A stretch of 64,000 nt of DNA. Origin: an uncultured Chitinophagaceae bacterium (GTDB taxonomy: Bacteria > Bacteroidota > Bacteroidia > Chitinophagales > Chitinophagaceae). Each line of letters begins with the position of its first letter. Positions within the stretch are counted from its first letter, which is position 1. Positions 42,070 to 53,400 of this stretch are shown piece by piece. The stretch is from contig CAWEQV010000014.1 in assembly GCA_963811285.1 (NCBI GenBank), positions 92,879 through 156,878 on the forward strand, in the 5' to 3' direction. The notes under the pieces were generated by a model. That model worked only from the letters and a program-made list of their open reading frames with translations. It was not told the DNA's origin and ran no database searches. The translations under genes were made by a program, and so were the position numbers.

Positions 42070-43530
42070 TCCGAAACGGCGTAAGGAACCAGCAATTTAT
42101 CGCCATGAATAATAGATCCGCATGAATACACTACATTTGGCACATAGCCATCTCTTTCATCTTCATTGGGAACAAGGAATGGCTCCTTTAAACGACCGAG
42201 TTCTATGGATGGATCATTTATGTCGAAAAGCTTGCGCCAAGGCAATATTTGCGCATAGCACCTACGCCGTGCGTTATAGCCAGCCAACCCTTATCTGTTT
42301 CAATAGGTGAACCGGCGTTGCCTATTTGTATAAATTCCCAGGGGTATTTTGGTTCCTGCAGCAAAATCGCTTCTTCCCAAACAAACAAATCATCAGAATA
42401 CATGAGGTAGTTATTAATACCATCAATGCGGGATAACATGGCATAACGGCCCTTTATCTTCCGGGGAAATAATGCCAGGTTTTTGTTGACCGCTGCCTTA
42501 CCATTCAAAGAAGCTATTTTAAAATTTATGAAATCAGTAGTTAAGATTAATTGCGGCACAATGGAACTGCCATTGTAAGCTGTGTAAGTGGCAATATAGC
42601 TAAAGGTGCCGTCGTCTTCTGTAAACTTTACCCATCGCGCGTCTTCTATTCCATTTTTTTCAATAGCCGTTACGGGAAAAATGACGCGTTCTGAAATCAA
42701 TGAGTCGGGTGCAAAATGCAGCTCATAACTGCTATTCACCATATCGAGAATATTATACTTTATTCTTTTCTGCCTCGATGGCAATTTAATAGCGGATAAT
42801 GCATTTTTTAAAACAACTTCCATTTCTTTATACGAAAAAAAATCTTTAAGCTGGTCCAGTATCGAAGAACTCACTTTTGGCGGCAATTCCATTTGATCCA
42901 GCAAGGTGCGAAAAGTCAATTTGTTATCCTTTTCCTCCTGCGTTACTTCACCTTCACTTAAAAATTTACCGGGCGGCTCCAGGGTTATCATTGCGTTTTC
43001 ATCCAATACGCCCCGCCTGAACACCATCGATGAAATATGGCTTTCGCCCGTGGCCCTTAAACTTATAATCACTTTTTTTTGTCCTGTTGCTACACCGGTC
43101 TGATCCGGATCGGCAACGATGGAAGGATTAAAAAGCGCAGCCGCTTCTATTGAGTATTCCATAGTAAAATGAGCACCTAATAACAATTTTCTTTCTTCCG
43201 ATAAATCCTCAGATTCAACATCGGCTAAGCAAGTATTTTATTAAACCAAAATGTTGAAGAAATATCGTCCTGATGTCCTTATATCTACCGGTCAAAATCT
43301 GTCAAAATATCTGCCAGCAGTACTTCTGCTTCAGGAGGTTTCAACTGTAATACCTTTTGTATAATGAGCAATGAACGGGCGTCTCCCGTGTTTAAGAACC
43401 GAGCAATTACTTTTTTATGATCCGGGTTAACCCTTACGTTTGTACGGGAGACTATTAATGACATCGAATAGTATTCAAGAGGACAAGGTAGGCTAATAAA
43501 AATTGTAGAATAAAACATTATGCAGTTATC
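42003..43530 (-). CDS. GH130-like five-bladed beta-propeller glycoside phosphorylase/hydrolase with N-terminal extension; three ORFs joined, start approximate
   Basis: EAAALFNPSI, ISLRATGE.HISS, NGIEDARWV, KNLALFPRKI, GNAGSPI, HGVG.MR.Y, EDERDGYVPNVVYSCG. Confidence 0.8.
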
Positions 43531-43611
43531 GGCAGAAAAAGCAGGTTTGAGAAAATAAAAGCTCTCACGTTTTTCAGATCTATGTGAAGTCCTTGCAAAC
43601 ATTTCCCAAAA

Positions 43612-44043
43612 TCAAAATTGTTTTCGTTTAAGGATAACTGTTATGATGAACAAGACAAGAATCCCCTGTATTTGTTTGTTTACTATCATCCTGCCAAATC
43701 TTTTTCTTTCTTTAATATCATAGCCGCATAAACGATAGGAACTATTATAGCTTAAGATATAAGTATAATTTGCCGGATCCGACCCTGTAATTATTTGGTC
43801 GGCTGCAATTATTTTTTTATTGATGGTGTCGTAATAAAAATACTCAGAGATTGAATCAATTTCATTACCAGGGCTATCAGTGTAAATGTATGTAAGGCTT
43901 TTTATCAATTTTGTAGAATCAAATCCAAAAATTTTTACAGAATCAACTTGCTGAGGAGTAAGAGGTTTGTCATTTGTCTTATTACATGATAAAATAAAGA
44001 AAAAGGATGTAGCAGTTATTGCAGAAAACAGTAATCGTTTCAT
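43612..44043 (-). CDS. Hypothetical lipoprotein, 3' end probably frameshifted or truncated
   Basis: Lipobox ILSC-NK; sequence character changes abruptly after residue about 110. Confidence 0.55.
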   Translation of the reverse strand: MKRLLFSAITATSFFFILSCNKTNDKPLTPQQVDSVKIFGFDSTKLIKSLTYIYTDSPGNEIDSISEYFYYDTINKKIIAADQIITGSDPANYTYILSYNSSYRLCGYDIKERKRFGRMIVNKQIQGILVLFIITVILKRKQF

Positions 44044-44363
44044 ATAGCTTGGTTAATAATGAGAATAGTTTTGATATACTAAAGCTAATACTTAACAGCG
44101 AAGTTTAAAAAAGATTCTCCCGTTAGCATAATAGGCAGCATGGTTTTCATATCCGGTGAATCTGTGCGATTAAAGTTCCCCATTGTGCTGTTGCTTAAAT
44201 CAGTAAAATAATAATTACTTTTTTTTGTTGGTTTACTGTCCACATTTACGCTCAATCTTTCATTAAGGAACTTTCACCGGAAGGAAAACAATAGCCTGAC
44301 TCTCCCCGTACCGAATCGTTATCTTTGAACAGTATATCAAAATGCTCGTTTTACAAGCGATTT

Positions 44364-45236
44364 ATGAAAAAGAGGTTTTATTTATATGGATTCCTTATAA
44401 TCGTTGCTGCTCTTTCTTCCGGATGCTCAAAAAAGTCAAAGACGCAAACCCCGGGACCTTCAGAAGAAGTATTGCTTCCATTGCCCGACCATGTGATATT
44501 TGTATGGTTTGAGAACAAAAGCGTTGATAGTGTAATACACAACAGCAATGCTCCCTTTATCAATAGTCTTATTGCAAAAGGAACTTTGTTTACCAACATG
44601 CACGCCATTACACATCCCAGTTATCCAAACTATATGGATTTTTTTGCAGGCCAGTCTAACGACGTTACAGATGATGCGTGTATTCTAACTCCCTTTATGA
44701 CTGACAACCTTTACACCATCCTGAAAAAAGCCGGGAAATCCTTCGCCTGGTATAGTGAAGACCTTCCGTTTACGGGCAGCGATACCTGCTTTAGCGGCGG
44801 GTACGTGGCAAAGCACAATCCTACATCAGTTTTTACAAATGTTCCTTCTTCGCAAAATAAAACGTTTTCCTCTTTCCCTTCAGATTATACCCAGCTTGAA
44901 AATGTAGTCTGTATCTCACCTAACCTGGAGAATGATATGCATGATGGCAAAGTTAGCACAGGTGATAAGTGGCTTCAAACGAATCTCTCGTCCTTAACGG
45001 AATGGTGCTTAACGCACAACAGCATTTTTTTGGTGTACTTTGATGAGGATGATGGTAGCCAGCTTAATTTAATTCCTGCTATCGCCATTGGTGAACACGT
45101 TAAGGCCGGCTACAGTTCGTCACAATCGTATAACCATTATAGCTGGACTAAAACTGTATGCGAAATATTCCATGCAGACAGCACATGGACTACCAACCTG
45201 GCAGCAGCAACTGCTGTAAAGAATTGCTGGAAATAA
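44364..45236 (+). CDS. Phosphoesterase/acid phosphatase lipoprotein
   Basis: Lipobox SSGC; DHVIFVWFENK, HPSYPNY, YVAKHNP, NDMHDG, FDEDD, YNHYS. Confidence 0.88.
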   Translation: MKKRFYLYGFLIIVAALSSGCSKKSKTQTPGPSEEVLLPLPDHVIFVWFENKSVDSVIHNSNAPFINSLIAKGTLFTNMHAITHPSYPNYMDFFAGQSNDVTDDACILTPFMTDNLYTILKKAGKSFAWYSEDLPFTGSDTCFSGGYVAKHNPTSVFTNVPSSQNKTFSSFPSDYTQLENVVCISPNLENDMHDGKVSTGDKWLQTNLSSLTEWCLTHNSIFLVYFDEDDGSQLNLIPAIAIGEHVKAGYSSSQSYNHYSWTKTVCEIFHADSTWTTNLAAATAVKNCWK

Positions 45237-45505
45237 ATTTATCTGGTGAAATTTATTTCGGCGATTGCGCAAAACAGGGATTGTTCTTTTCCCTGGTTTA
45301 CTCAGGAAAATTTCATAGTTACCATTTCCTATATCAAAACAGAAATTGAATGAATTTATTGGTTTACTCTACACGCTCATGAATTGACACTCCCTGTGAG
45401 CCGAAAGCTATTAAGAGAACTAACAAAAGTCATAATATAATTTGTGAAAAAGAATGCAAATAATCTGCGTACATTGTAGGTAGTTATTACTTTAATAAAA
45501 ATAAA

Positions 45506-46408
45506 ATGGCCTCTAAAAATGATCTTGACTACACTTATACCACTATCGATGAGATATTCAGGTTAAGCGTTGGTGAAATGGGTGATTATAGCGGCGCAAT
45601 GTTTAATGCCGATTTTTCAATGACAATCGAAGAGGCTCAAAAACAGAAGCACGCCTTTATTGCCGACAGCCTCAATATAAAAAATGGCAGCAAGGTACTC
45701 GACATGGCCTGTGGCTGGGGCCCCTTTCTTCAATACATTAAAGGGCGCGGCGCTAAAGGCACAGGAGTTACTTTATCTACCGGCCAGGCCGCTGCCTGCG
45801 TAAAAAATGGCCTTGATGTCCATGTTATGGATTGCAGGTATATTAAACCGGAAGATTTCGGAACTTTTGATGCGGTCACCTGTATTGGAGGTCTTGAGCA
45901 TTTTTGTTCTATAGAAGAATATAAGGCTGGCAAACAGGATGAGGTGTATCACAACTTTTTTGAAGGCCTGAAAGATCTTTTACCAACCGGGGGAAGATTT
46001 TATATGCAAACAATGGTTTTTGATAAGAATATGATGCCGCTTGAAGAAGTAAGTGTGGATGCCGATAAAAACTCACCTTCTTATGCAATGGCTTTAATGG
46101 TTAAGCAATTCCCAGGTTCTTGGTTACCCTACGGTAATGAACAAGTAATCCGAAATACAGCCCCATATTTTAAATTAATTTCTAAAAGCAGCGGCAGGTA
46201 TGATTATATCGAAACCATTAAAAGATGGAGAAAGAAATTCCGGAAATTTAATTTGAAAAAATATTCTTTGTATGCCTCTCTTCTCCCGAATTATCTTTTT
46301 GATAAAGAGTTCCGCCACCTGGTAGAAGTGTTCAAAATAAGCCCAAACAAAATTTGTTTTGAAAACGAAACAATGGATCATTTCCGCCTTGTGTTTGAAA
46401 AGATATAA
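45506..46408 (+). CDS. Cyclopropane-fatty-acid synthase-like SAM methyltransferase
   Basis: IEEAQKQK, KVLDMACGWG, TGVTLS.GQ, GGLEHF, Y.ETIKRW. Confidence 0.8.
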   Translation: MASKNDLDYTYTTIDEIFRLSVGEMGDYSGAMFNADFSMTIEEAQKQKHAFIADSLNIKNGSKVLDMACGWGPFLQYIKGRGAKGTGVTLSTGQAAACVKNGLDVHVMDCRYIKPEDFGTFDAVTCIGGLEHFCSIEEYKAGKQDEVYHNFFEGLKDLLPTGGRFYMQTMVFDKNMMPLEEVSVDADKNSPSYAMALMVKQFPGSWLPYGNEQVIRNTAPYFKLISKSSGRYDYIETIKRWRKKFRKFNLKKYSLYASLLPNYLFDKEFRHLVEVFKISPNKICFENETMDHFRLVFEKI

Positions 46409-46453
46409 TGGATCTTTTTCGGTTATCTTGTTTCTTTTCAAAGCAGTTATTTC

Positions 46454-47549
46454 TTATGCCAATGCGCTTGTTTCCTTTTTCCCTAACTTTTTAAGAAACC
46501 TGATATGAGAAAGGATCGCCCCCGCGAAAGTAGGATTGGCATTGTATCTCAAGCTATATTCTTCTGCAGTTTGTTTAACGATCACTGAAAGATGTTTATA
46601 ATGTACATGACAAATACGCGGAAATAAATGATGCTCGACCTGGAAGTTTAAACCGCCGCAAAAAAAACTTAGTAAATTGTTTTCCCTGCCAAAATCTGCC
46701 GTGGTATATAATTGATGAACCGCCCATGAGTTGCGGATATTTCCTCTTTCATCAGGCAGCGGGAATTGTGTTTCTTCTACTTCGTGGGCCAGCATAAAAA
46801 CGATTGCCATTGTAATCCCTTCGAAAAAATGCAATACAAAAAAACCCAGTAAAACCTGCCACCATAAAGCATTTATAAAGATCAAGGGCAACACCAAAAA
46901 AATAAAGTAATAAACTAATTTGAAAAAAAACAAATTGAAGTATTCAATGCGGGGATGCTTTTTATTATCGTAGTTGCCGATTTTCTTTTTAAAAAACTTT
47001 ACATAATCTTTTACAAATACCCAGGAAAGCGAACCAAAACCATAAAACAAAAATGCATACCAATATTGATGTTTATGAATTTTCCTGAGTTTTTGATGAG
47101 GCGACATTCTCAATAAAGGCACTGAGGCAATGTCTTCATCATGCCCTTCAATATTCGTGTATGTATGATGAACAATATTGTGCATAATCCCCCACAGGTA
47201 AGCGTTGGCGCCAATAATATTAAAAGTGTAGCTCAAAAATTTATTCATTTTTTTATGGCGTGATAAGGAACCATGGATTGCATCATGCGAAATATTAACG
47301 CCCGATAAAAGCGGTAAAAAATCCGAGAACCATCCATAACATAAACTGAAGCCAAAGCGGGTTGGAATTTAAAATTAAAAGAAGGTAAGCCCCAATAAAA
47401 ACCGACAGATAAAAAAAAGTTTTAAATACCATCAAAGGATTTGCATTCTTTGATAAATTGTTATTGGTAAAATATTGTTCTACGCGTTCATTAACAGTTG
47501 TATAAAAATCATTATTGTTTGCCTTTGCAAACTTTATTTTAATTGACAT
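46454..47549 (-). CDS. Membrane fatty-acid (acyl-CoA) desaturase; frameshift near 47295
   Basis: His boxes HDAIH, HNIVHH, QVEHH; WAVHQLYTT. Confidence 0.88.
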
Positions 47550-48086
47550 TGTGTAAAAAAGTTTTTTGTATTAAATTTTTTAGAGCAGCAGTTGTTATCA
47601 AATCGCACAGACGCGGCTGTTATATTCGCGTTGCAAAATTTTTAATCTAATAGTTTTGAAAATAATGAGATGCTTTGCTTTACAAAAAGCCACGTGAGAA
47701 TAATAGCTTTACATTGATTTTCCGCAGAATTAAACTAAATCATCTGTAAATTACAGTTAATTATTGATAAAAGTTTTTGTTGTTTTTATATTTAACTTAT
47801 AACGAAAATAATATAATCCCTACCGGTGAAGGCCGACGGCTACCAGTTACTTTATTCGATACTAAAGCTGTCCTCGTTTGAAACCTAACGTGTACCTACA
47901 TCTTTAGCTATCATCCATACTTCATACATGAGATAAAATTTTTCTAACCAGGATTATTTAAAGTATGGATGAAAGGCTAATGCAATAGCCTTCTTATTGC
48001 CCATGCGTGTTCTACCCGGAAATTTTTTGTATTCCTATTTAAAGTAAATCAATTAGGTTTTCAATTTAATCCGGCAATCTGCATCA

Positions 48087-50207
48087 TCAATTTTTAACAG
48101 ATGATGTATTTACAACTGCAGAGCCGTTATAAATACCTGCAAAATCAATAAATTTTTTTGCTTCCTCCAGGTATGTTTTTGCAAAGTGTTTGGTTGGTTC
48201 GTTTTGATTTATTTGTAAAACCAGTTCTTTAAAACTTGTATGATCAGTATATAAACCTTTTGCTGTAAAGTGTGTATCGAAGTCTTTTAAGATCCCCGCC
48301 TGTGTATTGCATTGAACCTGGTGATTCAACAACAAGGCTTTTGCCGCATTAATAAACGCAGAATAGGAATGGTAGATGCCATCTGCAAATGCATGATTGG
48401 ATATGCTTTCTTCTGCAAGATTTATTTTTTCATCTGCTTCCAAAATTAAAATAGACACTAAATCGATCATTACCCCGGCGCATTCACCCACACCGATAGC
48501 TGTTGCAAATTTTTCTTCATGCCCCCAATCAATATAATCTTCATCAATCAGCGTTTCAGTATCCGCTAACGGTTTTAATAAATTATAAAAAAATCTTTCA
48601 CCTTTGTTGAAGGTGTATTCAAGGAATGATTCATTCTGCTTATTCGCTTTAAAATCATTTAATAATACCCGAATCGCCTCAGGTGCCCGCTTACTGGGAA
48701 GTTTAATTACTTTGTTGGCCACCCTTCCTTCCCCACCTTCTAAATTGCCGCCGCCGATCAATACCTGGACAGCAGGAACAACTTTTCCGTTAACTTTCAT
48801 AGAACTTCCATGAAAACCTATAGTTCCTATGCCGTGCTGGCCACAGGAATTCATACATCCGCTAATACGGATGGCCACCTCTTCATTCAATAAAAATTCA
48901 GGAAATTCATCTTCAATTAATTGTGCAAGAACGGTACTTAACTCTGTACTATTTGAAATTCCCAGATTACAGGTGTCAGTTCCGGGACAGGCAACAATAT
49001 CTCCTGCACTTCCATAGCCGGGTGCAGCAAGGTTTTCAGCTTCAAGCACACTATATACATATTGAAGATGCTCCGGTTTTATAAAACGGAATTGTAAATT
49101 CTGATTGATGGTAACACGAATATCATCTGCAATTACCGGCTCCAATTTTTCAATTAACCTTCTGCTGACATCTGAACTGATATTACCGTTAGGCACTTTT
49201 ACATAAACAACATGATAACCTTCTTGTTTTTGATTTTTAACATTGGTTTTCTTCCAGGTTTCAAAATTCAACAGGTTTTTGATTTCAATTTTTTCGTCAG
49301 GCAATATTCCAGTAGGTAATACAATGTTATCAAAGCGTCCCGAATTTATCACAACTGATTGATCAGTTAATGCTTTATGTTCAGCGGCTACCAATTCATT
49401 AAAGGCATCCATTCCGATCTGTTGAATTAAAAATTTAATGCGCGCTTTATGCCTGCTGTTGCGTTCTCCGTAACGGTCAAATACACGCAACACGGATTCA
49501 ATATAAGGGATCAACAGATCTTCTTCCAAAAATTCGTGCGTGGCAATTGCAAGATGAGGTTGTGCACCTAATCCTCCGCCTACAACCACTTTAAATCCTC
49601 TTTTACTATTCCCTTCAATTTCTTTGATACGGGGAATTACACCGAGGTCATGCATAAAAATTAAAGCTGTATCTTTTTCACTGCTTGAAAGGGCGATTTT
49701 AAATTTGCGCCCCATTTCCTGGCAGACGGGCTTGCGCAAAAAATATTCGAAGATAGCATGAGCATAAGGCGTTACGTCAAAAGGTTCGTCGACATCAATG
49801 CCGGCAATATCGGAAGCAGTTACGTTTCTAACAGTATTGCCGCAGGCTTCACGAATGGTAATGTTGTCTTGCTCTAACAAACTCCATAATTCCGGTGTGC
49901 GGTCAAGGCTTACAAAATGAATTTGAATATCTTGTCTCGTCGTCAGGTGTAAGTTCCCCGTTGAAAACTCATCAGACACATCCGCTATTCTTTTCCATTG
50001 AGCTAATGTCATTTTTCCATACGGTAATTTGATGCGCACCATTTGCACACCTTGCTGCCGTTGCCCATAAACACCCCTGGCTAACCGGAGACTACGGAAT
50101 TTTTCTTCCGGGATAGTGCCCTGTTTAAAAGCCCGGATTTTTTTTTCCAGCTCAATAATATCCTTTTCCACCAGAGGGTTTTCTAATTCTGTTCGGAAAG
50201 ACTGCAT
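48087..50207 (-). CDS. Siroheme sulfite/nitrite reductase with C-terminal HEPN-like domain
   Basis: LTTRQDIQ, EACGNTVRN, ACPGTDTCNLG, ISGCMNSCGQH; C-terminal DGIYHSYSAFINAAKALL. Confidence 0.88.
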   Translation of the reverse strand: MQSFRTELENPLVEKDIIELEKKIRAFKQGTIPEEKFRSLRLARGVYGQRQQGVQMVRIKLPYGKMTLAQWKRIADVSDEFSTGNLHLTTRQDIQIHFVSLDRTPELWSLLEQDNITIREACGNTVRNVTASDIAGIDVDEPFDVTPYAHAIFEYFLRKPVCQEMGRKFKIALSSSEKDTALIFMHDLGVIPRIKEIEGNSKRGFKVVVGGGLGAQPHLAIATHEFLEEDLLIPYIESVLRVFDRYGERNSRHKARIKFLIQQIGMDAFNELVAAEHKALTDQSVVINSGRFDNIVLPTGILPDEKIEIKNLLNFETWKKTNVKNQKQEGYHVVYVKVPNGNISSDVSRRLIEKLEPVIADDIRVTINQNLQFRFIKPEHLQYVYSVLEAENLAAPGYGSAGDIVACPGTDTCNLGISNSTELSTVLAQLIEDEFPEFLLNEEVAIRISGCMNSCGQHGIGTIGFHGSSMKVNGKVVPAVQVLIGGGNLEGGEGRVANKVIKLPSKRAPEAIRVLLNDFKANKQNESFLEYTFNKGERFFYNLLKPLADTETLIDEDYIDWGHEEKFATAIGVGECAGVMIDLVSILILEADEKINLAEESISNHAFADGIYHSYSAFINAAKALLLNHQVQCNTQAGILKDFDTHFTAKGLYTDHTSFKELVLQINQNEPTKHFAKTYLEEAKKFIDFAGIYNGSAVVNTSSVKN

Positions 50208-50239
50208 TTTATTGTATTAATAAGTTTAAGTAAATATGT

Positions 50240-50264
50240 ATACCCTACCAGTTAAGTATACTAT
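50240..50264. promoter_or_regulatory. Putative Rrf2-type operator next to the reductase -7 element
   Basis: Imperfect 25-bp palindrome ATA-CCC-TAC-N7-GTA-TAC-TAT immediately downstream of TACATTTG (50266-50273, minus strand). Confidence 0.45.
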
Positions 50265-50433
50265 GCAAATGTATGCTTTGAAAAATGATAATCAAATTTT
50301 TTTATTGCTACTATCTCTGCAAGGGTAATCCAGCAAGTCGGAGAAACTGCAATGATTTAGGTGAAGCACATTCTTACCCGCCCAACAAAGGACTCACTAT
50401 TGAGAAGAGCAACAGGAGGAAAAAGGGAAAATG

Positions 50434-50466
50434 AAAGAGGCTGTCCCCGGCAGGAACAGCCTCTTT
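50434..50466 (-). terminator. Intrinsic terminator after the T9SS repeat gene
   Basis: 11-bp stem AAAGAGGCTGT/ACAGCCTCTTT; T-rich tail on the minus strand. Confidence 0.8.
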
Positions 50467-50489
50467 TGTAAGATTACCAATTACCCTGC

Positions 50490-53400
50490 TTATTTTATCC
50501 GCACTATCTTACCTGTAACTTTCTTATTACCAATCATGAAGGTATAAATTAACGTACCTCTGAATGCCGAAGGCACATTGTAGCCAATGATTTGTTTGCC
50601 CGCTGGCATGTATCCCTGGTAAACATTCGTCAACCTAACACCCATCACATTGTACAGATCCAGGCTCGCCTTCCCTGACACTTTTGTCTTAATGGTAAAG
50701 TTTACGTTGTTATCTACGGGGTTTGGATTAGTGGTAACTGTTACGTCATCACTAACTGTTTCTTTCACCAAACTGGTAGTAGTGGCAATTGGTTTTAAGA
50801 GCGTACTACTGCATGATTGCGGTGTTGCAAAATATCCAAGACTGTAACGTCCCTCATCAAAAGAATTGTTTATTACATCCACCGCATTACTGATATCACT
50901 GTAGCTTACACCGTTCGGCAAGGTTCCTCCAAGGGCGTCACTGGCCATCTGCAAGAGTTCAGCAACTGTCTTTCCATCCAGCAGCGCCATCAGAGTATGG
51001 TTGCTGGTAATCTTCATGCTGCTCATTGAACCTCCATTTGCGCAGGTGGCTGCCTGACCATCGCATGCTGACCCTAATACGTTCATTGTTGTCAGGTATC
51101 CGTCTTTCAGTTCAAAAGTAGAAAGACCATTGCCAGGAATATTCATATTCAACGCCAGGGTTATCGTTTGTGAAAGAAGAACGTTATTGATCCTTCCTTT
51201 CTTCAACGGTGGGTAGTTTCCTGAAGGATTTAAGTTATAATTACCGCCTAATTTGGTTGCTTTTCCACCACCCGGCAAAATATTCTGTAGCGAAGAAGCC
51301 TGTGCATAAGTTACGGTGAAGGAAGCATGTGAGGTACCCAAATGCAATTGTCCGGCATTATTACCAGGAATTCCATCCATGTTGTTCAACGACAACTGCA
51401 TCACCTGAAGTGCAGACAATGAACCGTTATTCGGAGTACAGCCTTTACCTGTTCCATGGTAAAATCCCTGGGTATAGGTGAAGATAATTCCTCCACAAGG
51501 AGGTGCCGGGTCAACGGTAACCGAAGCATTATCCGATACACATCCTGCTGCGTTTTGCGCGGTTATTGTATGATTACCTGTAGTTGTTGTACTGTAGCCT
51601 GCTGAAGGATAGTCTGCGTAACCTTTTCCGTCGAAGCTGAACTTAAGACCTGTTGTGGGCGAGATTACTGTGATTGTTGCCGTTGCATCTGAACAGGTTG
51701 GTTGGGTTATTGACAATGTTGGTGCAACTTGTACCTGCTCTGTAACCGTAACAGTTGATGTTGCATCTTCTGTACATGGTGTTGTCGCTGCAACGGTATA
51801 AGTATAAGTGCCTGCTCCTGCCAAAGCTGGTGACCAGGTTCCTCCCGCATCATGGGTTCCGATAACTGCATATAACTGCGCTTCTGTTACTGTACTTCCT
51901 GTGCATATTGATAACGCACCACTTGTGCCCGCATTTGGTTTTGCCGCCTCTGTTACCGTAACAGTTGATGTTGCATCTTCTGTACATGGTGCTGTCGCTG
52001 CAACGGTATAAGTATAAGTGCCTGCTCCTGCCAAAGCTGGTGACCAGGTTCCTCCCGCATCATGGGTTCCGATAACTGCATATAACTGCGCTTCTGTTAC
52101 TGTACTTCCTGTGCATATTGATAACGCACCACTTGTGCCCGCATTTGGTTTTGCCGCCTCTGTTACCGTAACAGTTGATGTTGCATCTTCTGTACATGGT
52201 GCTGTCGCTGCAACGGTATAAGTATAAGTGCCTGCTCCTGCCAAAGCTGGTGACCAGGTTCCTCCCGCATCATGGGTTCCGATAACTGCATATAACTGCG
52301 CTTCTGTTACTGTACTTCCTGTGCATATTGATAACGCACCACTTGTGCCCGCATTTGGTTTTGCCGCCTCTGTTACCGTAACAGTTGATGTTGCATCTTC
52401 TGTACATGGTGCTGTCGCTGCAACGGTATAAGTATAAGTGCCTGCTCCTGCCAAAGCTGGTGACCAGGTTCCTCCCGCATCATGGGTTCCGATAACTGCA
52501 TATAACTGCGCTTCTGTTACTGTACTTCCTGTGCATATTGATAACGCACCACTTGTGCCCGCATTTGGTTTTGCCGCCTCTGTTACCGTAACAGTTGATG
52601 TTGCATCTTCTGTACATGGTGCTGTCGCTGCAACGGTATAAGTATAAGTGCCTGCTCCTGCCAAAGCTGGTGACCAGGTTCCTCCCGCATCATGGGTTCC
52701 GATAACTGCATATAACTGCGCTTCTGTTACTGTACTTCCTGTGCATATTGATAACGCACCACTTGTGCCCGCATTTGGTTTTGCCGCCTCTGTTACCGTA
52801 ACAGTTGATGTTGCATCTTCTGTACATGGTGCTGTCGCTGCAACGGTATAAGTATAAGTGCCTGCTCCTGCCAAAGCTGGTGACCAGGTTCCTCCCGCAT
52901 CATGGGTTCCGATAACTGCATATAACTGCGCTTCTGTTACTGTACTTCCTGTGCATATTGATAACGCACCACTTGTGCCCGCATTTGGTTTTGCCGCCTC
53001 TGTTACCGTAACAGTTGATGTTGCATCTTCTGTACATGGTGCTGTCGCTGCAACGGTATAAGTATAAGTGCCTGCTCCTGCCAAAGCTGGTGACCAGGTT
53101 CCTCCCGCATCATGGGTTCCGATAACTGCATATAACTGCGCTTCTGTTACTGTACTTCCTGTGCATATTGATAACGCACCACTTGTGCCCGCATTTGGTT
53201 TTGCCGCCTCTGTTACCGTAACAGTTGATGTTGCATCTTCTGTACATGGTGCTGTCGCTGCAACGGTATAAGTATAAGTGCCTGCTCCTGCCAAAGCTGG
53301 TGACCAGGTTCCTCCCGCATCATGGGTTCCGATAACTGCATATAACTGCGCTTCTGTTACTGTACTTCCTGTGCATATTGATAACGCACCACTTGTGCCC

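Noticed and set aside
45280-45440. Possible LytTR C-terminal remnant (...LTLPVSRKLLRELTK)
   Set aside because: Only a short motif interrupted by stops; too weak to call.
24800-48000. Search for tRNA, rRNA, riboswitch (SAM, TPP, cobalamin) or T-box signatures in intergenic regions
   Set aside because: No conserved cores recognised by eye; an Infernal/Rfam scan would be needed to exclude them.
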